NCBI GenBank assembly: GCA_039591175.1
Contig: JBDHED010000001.1
Coordinates: 452 to 64,451, forward strand
From: Gemmatimonadota bacterium
GTDB taxonomy: Bacteria > Gemmatimonadota > Gemmatimonadetes > JACCXV01 > JAHWKZ01
DNA length: 64,000 nt
Direction of reading: 5' to 3'
The position numbers and the translations under genes are program-made. Under the pieces are notes generated by a model. That model worked only from the letters and a program-made list of their open reading frames with translations, was not told the origin of the DNA and made no database searches. Position 1 is the first letter of the stretch. Every line of letters starts with the position of its first letter. Shown here in pieces: positions 28,550-38,307 of this stretch.

Positions 28550-29910
28550 TTTGGCCGCGATAGCACGGCCACGGTTTCGACGTGCGCGGTTTGGGGAAAG
28601 AGATCGAAGGCGCGCAGAGATTCGAGTTGCCAACCCGTCCCCAGCCTGCGCACGTCACGAGCGAGTGTGGTCGGATCGCATGCCACGTAAACGAGCCGCT
28701 TGGCCGACGACTCCGAGATTCCCGCCAGAACCCGCTTTGGACAACCGCCTCGCGGCGGGTTTAGGACAACGATCTCCGGCCGAGGTCGAGCCCATCTCAC
28801 CCGATCGGCGGGCAGCTCCAAGACGTGGACCGATCCGGTGGTGACGTTCGCGTGCGCATTGGCCCGTAAGTCGGAAGCAGTCCCGGGATTGGCCTCGATC
28901 GCGGTGACGACGGCTCCCGCCGTCGCCAGCTCGCATGTGACGACCCCGATCCCGGCGTAAGCGTCGATGATACGGACCCCGGACCCCGGCTCCGCGGCCT
29001 CGACCACCGCGTCATACAATCTCTCGGCACCGCTGAGGTTGGCCTGGACGAAGCTGTCGAAGCCGCACCTGAGGTTGAGTTCGCGGTACTGGAAGCGGCT
29101 CGTCAATCGTGGGGCATCGCTCGCAAGCGTAAGGCTCGATTCGGGAGACCACCCTCCCCACGTGGTCTCGATGTCAGTCTTGTCCTCCAGCTCGCGAGCC
29201 AGGTGGCGCGCGAGATCAACGGGATCGGCAAATATCGCGGCGTGGATCGGACCTGGAGGCAGGAGCCGGAGCGCCAATCGACCCGCTGTGGCTCCTGCCT
29301 CCCGCGCGACCGGCGCGTCGCGGAGCGCCACCTCGAGCGCGGCGCGCAATGTCGATAGCTGGGAGTCGATGTGATCGTTCACGATCGGGCATCGATTGAT
29401 CGATACGATTCGATCGGGCTCGTCGGTATGGTGATATCCAAACTCGAGCTTGTCGTCCGCCCAGCGCCAAGAGATCACCGCGCGCTCCCGGTACTGCCAC
29501 TCGCTGGAAGCTGGTTCGCACGCTAAGCGGCCGAGTTCGCGCTGACCGCCAATCCGTTCCATGGCGTCGATCACCGCCTGGGTCTTGGCTTCGCGTTGGG
29601 CGACCGCGGTCAGGTGTTGAAGTTGACATCCCCCGCAGCGCCCAAACACCGGGCAGCGCGGCTCGACCCGGGCGACGGCCGGTTCGAGCACGGCGTCGAG
29701 TCTCGCCCTAGCGTAGCGCGAGTGCCGCTCGACAATAGTCGCTCGCACCTTCTCTCCGGGCGCGGTCCATGGCACGAAGACCACCAGCCCGTCGACGTGT
29801 GTCACGCCCTCACCCCCGTAGGCGAGCCGCTGAATGGTCGCCTCGACGGTGGTTTCGACGGCCGCTTGCTCGATCACCGGTACCAGACCCAGGAGCGACC
29901 CGCTCTCCAC
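28543..29910 (-). CDS. rlmD: 23S rRNA (uracil-C5)-methyltransferase RlmD/RumA family (TRAM domain + 4Fe-4S Cys cluster + MTase)
   Basis: TRAM-like N-terminus (GEGVTHVDGLVVFVPWTAPGEKV), a ...CPVFGRCGGCQLQHL Cys cluster, and C-terminal ...YAGIGVVTCELA...VLNPPRGG MTase motifs. Confidence 0.8.
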   Translation of the reverse strand: MESGSLLGLVPVIEQAAVETTVEATIQRLAYGGEGVTHVDGLVVFVPWTAPGEKVRATIVERHSRYARARLDAVLEPAVARVEPRCPVFGRCGGCQLQHLTAVAQREAKTQAVIDAMERIGGQRELGRLACEPASSEWQYRERAVISWRWADDKLEFGYHHTDEPDRIVSINRCPIVNDHIDSQLSTLRAALEVALRDAPVAREAGATAGRLALRLLPPGPIHAAIFADPVDLARHLARELEDKTDIETTWGGWSPESSLTLASDAPRLTSRFQYRELNLRCGFDSFVQANLSGAERLYDAVVEAAEPGSGVRIIDAYAGIGVVTCELATAGAVVTAIEANPGTASDLRANAHANVTTGSVHVLELPADRVRWARPRPEIVVLNPPRGGCPKRVLAGISESSAKRLVYVACDPTTLARDVRRLGTGWQLESLRAFDLFPQTAHVETVAVLSRPKR

Positions 29911-31412
29911 CTCGCCCGACCATCCGATGTGGCGGCGATGGCGGGGCTCGTCTTAGGCACCGCCGATAGCGCGTCCTCACGCCAGGCCGCAAGCGCAGCA
30001 GCGAGCGGCTCCTCCAACTTCGCCTCGTCGATCATCCGCGCGACGATCGCCTGTGCGCGGGTCTCCAGCGTACGCGTTGTGACCTGTCCCTCGATGACCA
30101 TCGGGTCGGCCAGCAACGCGCGCAGGAACCCGAGATTCGTCGTAAGCCCGCCGATCACCGTCGCGGCGAGCGCTCGATCGACCCGGTTCAAAGCTTCGGT
30201 TCGCGTTCGTCCCCAACCGATGCACTTGGCGAGCAACGGGTCATAATGCGGGGTGATCTCGACACCCGCATCGATGCCACTGTCGAATCGGACGCCTGGC
30301 CCACCGGGTTCGCGGTACGACGTTACCGTCCCGGTGGCGGGAAGGAATCCTCCCAGCGCGTCTTCGGCCGCGATCCGGCACTCGATGGCGTGACCCCGCA
30401 ACTCGACCTCGGCTTGACTCAGCGGCAGCTCGCCTCCGGCCGCGATCTCGAGTTGAAGGCCCACCAGATCGACTCCGGTCACCATCTCGGTTACCGGGTG
30501 TTCGACTTGGATTCGGGTGTTCATCTCGAGGAAGTAGAACTCGCCGGTCGGTGCCATGAGGAACTCCACCGTACCGGCACCGACGTAGTCAACCGCTTGG
30601 GCCGCCGCGACGGCGACACGGCCCATCTGGTCGCGCCGCTCCTCGGATAGTCCGGGTGCCGGTGCCTCCTCGAGAACCTTTTGATGGCGGCGCTGCAACG
30701 AGCACTCCCGCTCGCCGAGATGAATCGTGTGTCCGGTCGTGTCTGCCAGTACCTGAATCTCGATGTGCCGGGCCTCGGGTAAATACTTTTCCATGTAGAC
30801 GTGGGCATCGCCGAAAGCGCTCGCAGCCTCACGTGAGGCGGCTGCCAGAGCGGTTCCGAGGTCGGCCTCCGTCTCTACGACCCGCATCCCTTTTCCACCT
30901 CCGCCGGCAGCTGCTTTTAGCAGCACGGGGTAGCCGATGCCGTTTGCCTCCACGCTAGCCGCCGACAAATCCTCGACTGGTGCCAGCGTGCCGGGAATCA
31001 CTGCTACGTCTGCTGCAGCCATCAATCGTCTGGCGGAGGTCTTCTCCCCCATGATCCGAATGCTTCTCGGCGGCGGGCCAACCCACGCCAGGCCGGCGGC
31101 CTCCACCGCTTCGGCGAAGCTCGCGTTCTCGGCCAAAAACCCATACCCGGGGTGCACCGCGTCGGCTTCGCTTTGATCGGCAGCATCCAGGATCCGCTCT
31201 GGCGACAGGTAGGAATCAGCGGCGATCGCAGGCCCGATCTCGATCGCTCGATCCGCCAGCCACACGTGGGGTGAGCGTCGATCGGCCTCGGAGAAAACCG
31301 CCACCGCCTCGAGTCCGGCCGTATGGCACGCCCGGATTACGCGCACCGCGATCTCACCGCGGTTGGCGATCAGCACTCGGCGCAAAGTCTTGGTTCTCGA
31401 TGCAGATCTCAT
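29874..31412 (-). CDS. accC: Biotin carboxylase subunit of acetyl/propionyl-CoA carboxylase
   Basis: VLIANRGEIAVRVIRAC...YPVLLKAAAGGGGKGMRVV...EMNTRIQVEHPVTE, the ATP-grasp biotin carboxylase. Confidence 0.92.
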   Translation of the reverse strand: MRSASRTKTLRRVLIANRGEIAVRVIRACHTAGLEAVAVFSEADRRSPHVWLADRAIEIGPAIAADSYLSPERILDAADQSEADAVHPGYGFLAENASFAEAVEAAGLAWVGPPPRSIRIMGEKTSARRLMAAADVAVIPGTLAPVEDLSAASVEANGIGYPVLLKAAAGGGGKGMRVVETEADLGTALAAASREAASAFGDAHVYMEKYLPEARHIEIQVLADTTGHTIHLGERECSLQRRHQKVLEEAPAPGLSEERRDQMGRVAVAAAQAVDYVGAGTVEFLMAPTGEFYFLEMNTRIQVEHPVTEMVTGVDLVGLQLEIAAGGELPLSQAEVELRGHAIECRIAAEDALGGFLPATGTVTSYREPGGPGVRFDSGIDAGVEITPHYDPLLAKCIGWGRTRTEALNRVDRALAATVIGGLTTNLGFLRALLADPMVIEGQVTTRTLETRAQAIVARMIDEAKLEEPLAAALAAWREDALSAVPKTSPAIAATSDGRARWRAGRSWVWYR

Positions 31413-31456
31413 ATCACACTTGATATAGCAAGCCTTAGTGATTGCTGCAACAAGAC

Positions 31457-33055
31457 TTACAGGGGGAGGTTGCCGTGCTTTCTAGTCGGGTTGGCGTCCC
31501 TTTTGTTGGCCATCGCGATGAGGCCGCTGACGAGCCTCGAGCGTGTCTCGACCGGATCGATGATGGCGTCCACGTAGCCTCGTTCGGCGGCGATGTATGG
31601 ATTGGCGAAACGCTCCCGAAACTCCTCGGTGCGACGGTCGATGACGGCTTCGGGGTCGTCTGCGGCTTGGATCTCTCTTTTCCACAGGATCTCAGCCGCA
31701 CCCTTGGGTCCCATGACGGCGATTTCAGCTGTTGGCCACGCCAGATTCAAGTCGCCACGAATGTGCTTCGACGACATGACGTCGTAGGCACCGCCGTACG
31801 CTTTTCTCAAGATCACCGTCAGCTTGGGTACGGTCGCTTCGCAGTACGCGTACAAGAGCTTGGCACCGTGCTTTATGATCCCGCCCCACTCTTGGCCGGT
31901 ACCGGGCAAAAAGCCGGGCACATCGACGAGCGTCACCAACGGGATGTTGAAAGCGTCACAGAACCGAACGAACCGCGCTCCTTTCAGGCTTGCGTCGATA
32001 TCGAGCACCCCGGCGAGCACGGCCGGCTGGTTGGCGACGATTCCGACCGAGCGCCCCGCGAGTCGGGCAAAGCCGACGACCAGGTTCAGCCCGTAGCCAG
32101 CCTGGACTTCGAGAAAGGAGCCTTGGTCGACGATCTTCTGGATGATTCCGTGGACGTCGTACGGTTTGTTCGGGTTGTCGGGGACCGCGTCAGCGAGCTC
32201 GGGCACAGGCCGATACCAGTCGTCGCCGGAATCGACAGTTGGGGGGTCCTCCTGATTGTTGGATGGCAGATATCCCACCAGGTCGCGGATCCCTCGCAGG
32301 CAAGCGACCTCGTCGTCAAAAGTAAAGTGACTGACACCGCTCTTGGCCGCGTGCACCGCAGCCCCGCCGAGCTCGTCAAACGACACTTCCTCGTGGGTGA
32401 CCGTCTTTACCACGTTTGGGCCGGTCACGAACATGTACGAGACGCCCTCGACCATACACACGAAATCAGTAATGGCCGGGGAGTACACAGCGCCACCGGC
32501 GCAGGGGCCCAGAATGGCGCTGATCTGTGGCACGACCCCGCTGGCCAATGTGTTGCGCAGAAAGATCTCGGCGTACCCACCGAGAGATGCCACGCCCTCC
32601 TGGATCCTGGCGCCCCCCGAATCGTTGAGTCCGATGATCGGAGCCCCCACCTTTAGCGCGAGATCCATCACTTTGCAGATCTTCTCGGCGTGGGCCTCCG
32701 ACAGCGAGCCGCCGAATACCGTAAAGTCCTGGCTAAACACATAGACCGTTCGGTCATTGATCGTGCCGTGGCCGGTGACAACGCCGTCGCCGGGGATTTT
32801 CTGGGACTCGAGGCCGAATTCCTCGGTGCGATGGGTTACGAGCATGTCGAGCTCGAAAAACGAGCCTTCGTCGAGCAGAACATCGAGCCGTTCACGGGCT
32901 GACAGCTTTCCCTTGGCATGCTGCGCCTCGAGGCGGTCCTGGCCACCGCCGAGCATGGCCTCCTGCTCACGGGCGCGCAGGTCTTCCAGTCGATCGCTCA
33001 AGATCTGCCTACCAATCGACGGCCGTAGCTTGGCCGCGTTCGATTTGGTGAACAA
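31457..33055 (-). CDS. pccB: Propionyl-CoA carboxylase beta chain / acyl-CoA carboxylase carboxyltransferase subunit
   Basis: ...[28 protein letters not shown]...[45 protein letters not shown]... is carboxyl-transferase-domain collinear. Confidence 0.9.
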   Translation of the reverse strand: MFTKSNAAKLRPSIGRQILSDRLEDLRAREQEAMLGGGQDRLEAQHAKGKLSARERLDVLLDEGSFFELDMLVTHRTEEFGLESQKIPGDGVVTGHGTINDRTVYVFSQDFTVFGGSLSEAHAEKICKVMDLALKVGAPIIGLNDSGGARIQEGVASLGGYAEIFLRNTLASGVVPQISAILGPCAGGAVYSPAITDFVCMVEGVSYMFVTGPNVVKTVTHEEVSFDELGGAAVHAAKSGVSHFTFDDEVACLRGIRDLVGYLPSNNQEDPPTVDSGDDWYRPVPELADAVPDNPNKPYDVHGIIQKIVDQGSFLEVQAGYGLNLVVGFARLAGRSVGIVANQPAVLAGVLDIDASLKGARFVRFCDAFNIPLVTLVDVPGFLPGTGQEWGGIIKHGAKLLYAYCEATVPKLTVILRKAYGGAYDVMSSKHIRGDLNLAWPTAEIAVMGPKGAAEILWKREIQAADDPEAVIDRRTEEFRERFANPYIAAERGYVDAIIDPVETRSRLVSGLIAMANKRDANPTRKHGNLPL

Positions 33056-34751
33056 TCACAGCGCGTCGGGGACCGGCGTCGGTAAACCGGAAGAGGCCCG
33101 AGGCACCCCGGTACTCCGGCCGAACTGCGGTGCTGGCAGCAGTCCCCGCGACGACAAAGTGCTCGATCGCCAAGCGAGTAGCGTCATAACCCCAGGCGGC
33201 GATCCGATTATCAGCAGGTTTGCCGTACCGGGACTCGTAACGGCTGGCGAAAGCTCGCCAATTTGTGATCGCAGGATCCCGACTAAAGGTGTCGGCGAAA
33301 TAGCCGCGCGCGAATCGTCGACCCTGGACAGCGAACGCCTCATCGTTCCAAGCGTCGGTGCCGAGTGGAAGTAAGTCTCGAAGCTCGAAAAACGCCATCT
33401 GATTGAGCATCCGCAGCGCCTCATTGGATCGGTTTGTCGCCAGAAAGACGGCGTCCGCCCCAGCCCTCACCACCTCGCCGAGCCGATCCGTAAACGCAGT
33501 CGATCCCGGTGGGTACGTCCCACGGTAAACGACACGCGCACCGACTGATTCAACGGCGGTCACGAAGGCATCGGTCTGGATACGACCGTAGGCATTCTCC
33601 GGTGCCAGTATCGCAAACCGCTTGCGATCCAGGTTCTGTGCGGCGTACAGGCCTATGGTGTGGCCGATCGCTCCATCGAGTGCGTTTACGGTAAACACCC
33701 GCGGTCCGATCTCCAACAAGCGAGCGTCGGTGGCTGTCGGGCTCACCAACGCGATGCCCTCCTCTTGCGCCACGCGTCCTGCAGGGAGCGCAAACTCACT
33801 GGTCAGCGGTCCGAGAACAGCCTGGACGCGATCGCTGCGAGCGAGTGATCGAATCACGCCGATTGTCGAGTCCGGGTCACTGGCTGTCGAACGAGCCACT
33901 AGCTCGTAGGGTGGTGTTCTGCCGCGGTTGACCTCGTCCAGAGCCAGTTGAACGCCCCTTTGGATCTCCTCTTTGACGCTGGCAAACCGTCCCTCGATGG
34001 GAGCGATCAAGCCGAGTTTTGGGGGCGCGGTCGTGACCGCGCCGGCTGCTAGCGCTGCGGCCTCGGCACGCATGGCGTCCGGCAAGCCGGCAACGTCTTC
34101 GACCTGTCTCGCCAGGGAGCGCGCGCGTCTCGAGTCCCCAGCCGCGTAGGCCCACCGAGCCGCTTGCAGATAGAACGGCGCGAGCCAGTTGCGACGAGAT
34201 TCGAATTGCGACGTGTCTTCGATTACTTGTCGTGGCAGGCGTTCCAGCAGATCGAACGACAGATCCAAATATGCGCTCAGCCGTTCACGCGAAGCCCTTT
34301 CGATCTCTAACGCGGTAGCGAGCGAGTTCTCGAACTCGCCTTGCCCGTAGTAGCTGTTAGCCAACAGCAGAGTAGCGTGCTCTCGACGGGGAACGGTAGG
34401 TGACAAGCTCAGGTATCTCGCGAGCGCCATGGTAGCGCCCTGATCGTTCCCGAGCTGGTAGTGGGATCGGCCTTGCCAGTACAATGCGAGCGCCGCGTTT
34501 TCGCTGGACGGGTACTCCTCGACAACTCGGGTGAACTCTTCCAGCGCTGCTTGATAGCTCCCGGCCTCGATTAGGCTGAGGCCGCTTTGAAACGCTTCTT
34601 CGGCCGCTCGTGCTTCCGCCCGCGTCAGCGGACGATCACTCAGCGTCGGTATGCGATCACGTGAAGCGCAAGCTGCGACGATGGCGACCGCCAAGATGGC
34701 CCAGGGTCTAAGACGGTCTAGGAGAGAGTTGGGGGTAGAGATCGGTGTCAT
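33009..34751 (-). CDS. LpoA-like lipoprotein: N-terminal TPR region plus C-terminal type-1 periplasmic-binding-protein (LivK-like) domain
   Basis: Signal plus lipobox-like [14 protein letters not shown]-like repeats ([53 protein letters not shown]...). Then ...[31 protein letters not shown]...[33 protein letters not shown]..., a PBP type-1 fold. Confidence 0.6.
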   Translation of the reverse strand: MTPISTPNSLLDRLRPWAILAVAIVAACASRDRIPTLSDRPLTRAEARAAEEAFQSGLSLIEAGSYQAALEEFTRVVEEYPSSENAALALYWQGRSHYQLGNDQGATMALARYLSLSPTVPRREHATLLLANSYYGQGEFENSLATALEIERASRERLSAYLDLSFDLLERLPRQVIEDTSQFESRRNWLAPFYLQAARWAYAAGDSRRARSLARQVEDVAGLPDAMRAEAAALAAGAVTTAPPKLGLIAPIEGRFASVKEEIQRGVQLALDEVNRGRTPPYELVARSTASDPDSTIGVIRSLARSDRVQAVLGPLTSEFALPAGRVAQEEGIALVSPTATDARLLEIGPRVFTVNALDGAIGHTIGLYAAQNLDRKRFAILAPENAYGRIQTDAFVTAVESVGARVVYRGTYPPGSTAFTDRLGEVVRAGADAVFLATNRSNEALRMLNQMAFFELRDLLPLGTDAWNDEAFAVQGRRFARGYFADTFSRDPAITNWRAFASRYESRYGKPADNRIAAWGYDATRLAIEHFVVAGTAASTAVRPEYRGASGLFRFTDAGPRRAVIVHQIERGQATAVDW

Positions 34752-34776
34752 GCGCCGAACGCCCGCCCGAGGAGAG

Positions 34777-36786
34777 CTAGGCTTCGGCCCCGTCCCCGGC
34801 CACGTCCTCCCCGGCTGCGTCGGAACTGGCTTCAGCGAGTGCTTTCGCCGTTTCGGTAGGTGGCGGCTTTTCTTCAGACAGCTCTTCTTCTGGCGCGGCC
34901 TCGTCGGTTTCCGTGGCCTCAACGACTTCGCTTGACTCCTCGACCTCGCTTGACTCAACGGCTTCGCCTGACTCCTCGGCTTCTGAGTCGTCGATGTCCG
35001 GTCGATCGCGGTGACTTGGTATGTCGATCACCGACAGAACGATCCGGCGGTTGTCCGGATCCGACTCGATGACCTTGAGAACCATGAGGTCACCCTCGCG
35101 GAACTTATCGGATGGGTTTTCGAGGTTCCGGTAGCCGAGCTGCGATATGGGAACGAAGCCCTCGACCTCGCCGTCGAGATCGACTACGACCCCCTTGTCG
35201 AGCAGTCGCAGCAGTTTGGCGTCGGTTTCGATACCCACCGAGTACTTTTCGCCGAGTGCTGGCCATGGGTTCTCCTCGAGGTCCTTGATGCTCAGGGAGA
35301 TGCGCTTGTTTTCCGTGTCGATGTTGAGAACCTGCACCCTAACGGTCTCACCCTTGCGAACGACCTCGCTGGGATGGTGGATCCGGCGCGTCCAGGACAT
35401 GTCGCTAATGTGTACCAACCCGTCGATCCCCTCTTCGATTTCGACGAACGCACCGAACGTGGTGAGGTTCCGAACCGTGCCGTTCAAGATCGTCCCCTCG
35501 GGGTATTTCTCTGCCAAGCCAGTCCACGGGTCTTCCTCTATCTGTTTCATCCCGAGGGAGATCTTCTCTTCTTCTTGATTCACATTGAGAACGACGGCTT
35601 CAATGACGTCTCCGATTGAGACGACCTTCGAGGGGTGCTTTATGTGACGAGTCCACGACATCTCCGATATGTGGACCAACCCTTCAACCCCCTTCTCGAG
35701 CTCGACAAAAGCCCCGTAGTTGGTGATCGAGACCACTTTGCCCTGGATGCGCGAGCTCACCGGGAACTTCTCTGCGACATCCTGCCAGGGGTAGGGCTGC
35801 AGCTGTTTGAGGCCCAGAGAGATGCGGTTGTTCTCGAGATCGAGGTCGAGAATCTTGACCTCGAGCTCATCGCCGATCGATACGAGTTCGGATGGATGAC
35901 CCACCCGGCCCCATGACATATCGGTGATATGCAGTAGTCCATCGGCGCCGCCGAGATCGATAAACGCGCCGAAATCGGTGATGTTCTTGACAACGCCTGT
36001 GCGTACCTGGTCGACGGCGATCTCCGTAAGGAGCCGGCCTCGCTTCTGCTCTCTGATCTGTTCGAGGATCGTTCGTCGGCTGACTACGATGTTCCGCCGC
36101 CGCTTGTTGAGCTTGATGATCTTAAACTCCATCGTCTGGCCAATGAGGGCGTCGATGTCGGGAACTCGACGGAGGGCGATCTGAGATCCCGGCAAGAAAG
36201 CATCGACGCCGAATAGATCCACAATCACCCCGCCCTTGATCTTCCTGGCCAGCGTGCCTTGAACGATCGTGCCGTCGTCGTAGGCCAGCCGGATCTTGTC
36301 CCAGACCTTGAAGAAGTCTGCTTTCTTCTTCGACAAGACAACGCGGCCCTCTTTGTCCTCCAAGTTCTCGAGGAAGACGTCCACCTCGGCACCAACGTCG
36401 AGCGGATCCGTCTCCTTGAACTCATCGAGCGAAACCGCACCCTCGCTCTTAAAGCCGACGTCGAGAACAACCACATTCTCATCCACCCGCAGGATATGCC
36501 CAGTGACGATCTGGCCTTCCTTAATGTCCTTGATCGATTCTTCGTAGATACCAAGGAGTTCCTGGTACTCATCGAGCGAGTACTCGTCCTCGTCAAAGAG
36601 ATCGGGGCGGATGTTTAGGTGCTCGGCGGGAGCGTCAGGGTCCACGGGAACCGAGTTGCCGGCAGAGATTCGCGAGGGCATCTCGCTCGACTCACGAGGG
36701 TCTATATCGCCCGGTTCGCGAGGGTCCACGGCAACGCCGCTAGATTCGGGACCACCGCCTGGGGTGGTTTCGTTTAGGTCACTCAT
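34777..36786 (-). CDS. rpsA: 30S ribosomal protein S1 with acidic Glu/Ser-rich C-terminal extension
   Basis: Multiple S1 repeats (GQIVTGHILRVDENVVVLDVGFKSEGAVSLDEF..., ...VRTGVVKNITDFGAFIDLGGADGLLHITDMSW...). C-terminal ...DDSEAEESGEAVESSEVEESSEVVEATETDEAAPEEELSEE. Confidence 0.92.
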   Translation of the reverse strand: MSDLNETTPGGGPESSGVAVDPREPGDIDPRESSEMPSRISAGNSVPVDPDAPAEHLNIRPDLFDEDEYSLDEYQELLGIYEESIKDIKEGQIVTGHILRVDENVVVLDVGFKSEGAVSLDEFKETDPLDVGAEVDVFLENLEDKEGRVVLSKKKADFFKVWDKIRLAYDDGTIVQGTLARKIKGGVIVDLFGVDAFLPGSQIALRRVPDIDALIGQTMEFKIIKLNKRRRNIVVSRRTILEQIREQKRGRLLTEIAVDQVRTGVVKNITDFGAFIDLGGADGLLHITDMSWGRVGHPSELVSIGDELEVKILDLDLENNRISLGLKQLQPYPWQDVAEKFPVSSRIQGKVVSITNYGAFVELEKGVEGLVHISEMSWTRHIKHPSKVVSIGDVIEAVVLNVNQEEEKISLGMKQIEEDPWTGLAEKYPEGTILNGTVRNLTTFGAFVEIEEGIDGLVHISDMSWTRRIHHPSEVVRKGETVRVQVLNIDTENKRISLSIKDLEENPWPALGEKYSVGIETDAKLLRLLDKGVVVDLDGEVEGFVPISQLGYRNLENPSDKFREGDLMVLKVIESDPDNRRIVLSVIDIPSHRDRPDIDDSEAEESGEAVESSEVEESSEVVEATETDEAAPEEELSEEKPPPTETAKALAEASSDAAGEDVAGDGAEA

Positions 36787-36895
36787 AGACAGAAAAACTT
36801 CCAAGGCCTGGTTTCAAAGTGCACGTTTGTACCCGCAACTCGGGGAAAGATATAAAGATACCGGCCGTTTTTACTCTCTGTCAAGCGATTCCGGT

Positions 36896-37594
36896 CTAAG
36901 ACGCCTGATTCATCCGATCCCGGGCCATCCGAACCACCCGCGCGATCTGGGTCTCCAGGTCCAGGTTCGTCGTATCCAGGCGGATGGCGTCTGGCGCCGC
37001 CGCTAGTGGGGCCTCAGCTCGCTCTCGATCGCGCCGATCCCGCTCTGCCAACCCCTGTCCATAGCTAGCCAACAACGCACCATCCAGCTCCCGCCCCTCA
37101 GGCTCGGCCTCGCGAGCCCGCCGGCGGGAGCGTTCCTCCAGGGAAGCGACCAGGTAGATCTTCAGGAATGCCTCTGGGAAGACAACCGTCCCTATGTCAC
37201 GCCCATCAACAACCGCTGGTTTCTCGCCAACCCGCCGCCTGAGGTCCTGATTCACTATCGACCGTAGCGAAGGGTCCTCGGCCACTCGGGACACGGTTCG
37301 GGTAACTGCCGCTGACCGGATCGCACCCGTTACGTCTGTGTCGTCAAGCCAAGTTCGGAGCTTTCCCCCCACCATACGTTGGTCGATGCGCGCGTTCTCT
37401 AGGCGGTCGCGCAACTCCGCCCGGCTGGTTGTCTCCTCAAGATCGACGTCGTGGCGAAGGGCTAACAGCGCCGCTACGCGATAGAAGGCCCCGCTGTCCA
37501 CGTATGACCACTGCAGCGCAGAGGCAACGCCCTGGGCGGTCGAAGACTTGCCCGTACCAGCAGGCCCGTCGATAGCGATGATCGGTGCTTTCAA
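36896..37594 (-). CDS. cmk: Cytidylate kinase
   Basis: MKAPIIAIDGPAGTGKSSTAQGVASAL...YVDSGAFYR. Confidence 0.9.
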   Translation of the reverse strand: MKAPIIAIDGPAGTGKSSTAQGVASALQWSYVDSGAFYRVAALLALRHDVDLEETTSRAELRDRLENARIDQRMVGGKLRTWLDDTDVTGAIRSAAVTRTVSRVAEDPSLRSIVNQDLRRRVGEKPAVVDGRDIGTVVFPEAFLKIYLVASLEERSRRRAREAEPEGRELDGALLASYGQGLAERDRRDRERAEAPLAAAPDAIRLDTTNLDLETQIARVVRMARDRMNQAS

Positions 37595-37615
37595 ACGCCC
37601 GTTAGAACCCGGGGG

Positions 37616-38227
37616 TTAGCCCGAATGCCTTATGCAACGAAAGGCGGTGGGGATCTCTTCGAGACGGGCGCGTAGAATCGGTCGCCCGCACACCTGGCAC
37701 TTTCCATACTGTCGTGAGTTAATGAGTGTCAGCGCGGTCTGGATCCGGCGCAGCTCCTCCTGCTCGCGTTGTTCAAGCCGAATCAAGATATCGCGATCCT
37801 TCTCCTCTTGCGCCCACTCCTCCAACTCCCGCGGTCGCTCCTGAATGCCTCGCAACTCGTCGCGGAGATCGTGCAGACGTCGCTCGATTCGGCTTCGCTT
37901 CTCGAGCAGCTTCTCGCGAAAGTGATCGAAAAACGCTTGACTGCGGTACGGCCGGCCCCCTTTTTTCTTGGCTTTCTTTTTTCTAGTCGTCTTTTTCTTG
38001 CGAGTGGCCTTCTTTTTCTTGCCGGGGGCTTTCTTCTTCTTGGTCGCCTTCTTTTTGCGAGCGGCCTTCTTCTTCTTGCTAGGGGCTTTTTTCTTCTTGG
38101 TCGCCTTTTTTTTGCGAGCGGCCTTCTTCTTCTTGCTAGAGGCTTTTTTCTTCTTGGTCGCCTTTTTCTTGCGAGCGGCCTTCTTCTTCCCCGCGGTCTT
38201 GCGTTTTGGTTTCTTCTTAGCAGGCAT
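37616..38227 (-). CDS. DksA/TraR-family C4-type zinc-finger protein with an N-terminal ~100-aa histone-H1-like lysine/alanine-rich repeat region
   Basis: N-terminus MPAKKKPKRKTAGKKKAARKKKATKKKKASSKKKKAARKKKATKKKKAPSKKKKAARKKKATKKKKAPGKKKK... C-terminus ...FFDHFREKLLEKRSRIERRLHDLRDELR...QYGKCQVCGRPILRARLEEIPTAFRCIRH, a DksA/TraR coiled-coil plus Cys zinc finger. Confidence 0.7.
   Translation of the reverse strand: MPAKKKPKRKTAGKKKAARKKKATKKKKASSKKKKAARKKKATKKKKAPSKKKKAARKKKATKKKKAPGKKKKATRKKKTTRKKKAKKKGGRPYRSQAFFDHFREKLLEKRSRIERRLHDLRDELRGIQERPRELEEWAQEEKDRDILIRLEQREQEELRRIQTALTLINSRQYGKCQVCGRPILRARLEEIPTAFRCIRHSG
37975..38195. repeat. Roughly 60-bp tandem direct repeat (about 3.5 copies) inside the DksA-like gene, encoding the 20-aa K-rich unit AARKKKATKKKKAPSKKKK
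   Basis: The unit tcttggtcgcc(t)tttttgcgagcggccttcttcttcttgctag(g/a)ggcttttttct recurs from about 38037 to 38190 with single-base differences. Confidence 0.7.
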
Positions 38228-38251
38228 TCATTTCCCCGTTTATCGACGGTT

Positions 38252-38267
38252 CTAGGCGGCCGCCTAG
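38252..38267. promoter_or_regulatory. Perfect 16-bp palindrome CTAGGCGGCCGCCTAG between the LytR_C gene and the DksA-like gene
   Basis: Read directly at 38252-38267. No U-tract follows on the coding (minus) strand, so it is not a canonical intrinsic terminator. It could be an operator or RNA hairpin. Confidence 0.25.
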
Positions 38268-38307
38268 TGTAGTCGCGCGCAAAGGCCTCGGCAACAAAGT
38301 TCGATCG

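Noticed and set aside
34880-35000. Short direct DNA repeats (gcttgactcctcg…) at the 3' end of rpsA
   Set aside because: They encode the acidic Glu/Ser-rich C-terminal tail of S1. They are in-frame coding repeats, not a CRISPR array or mobile element.
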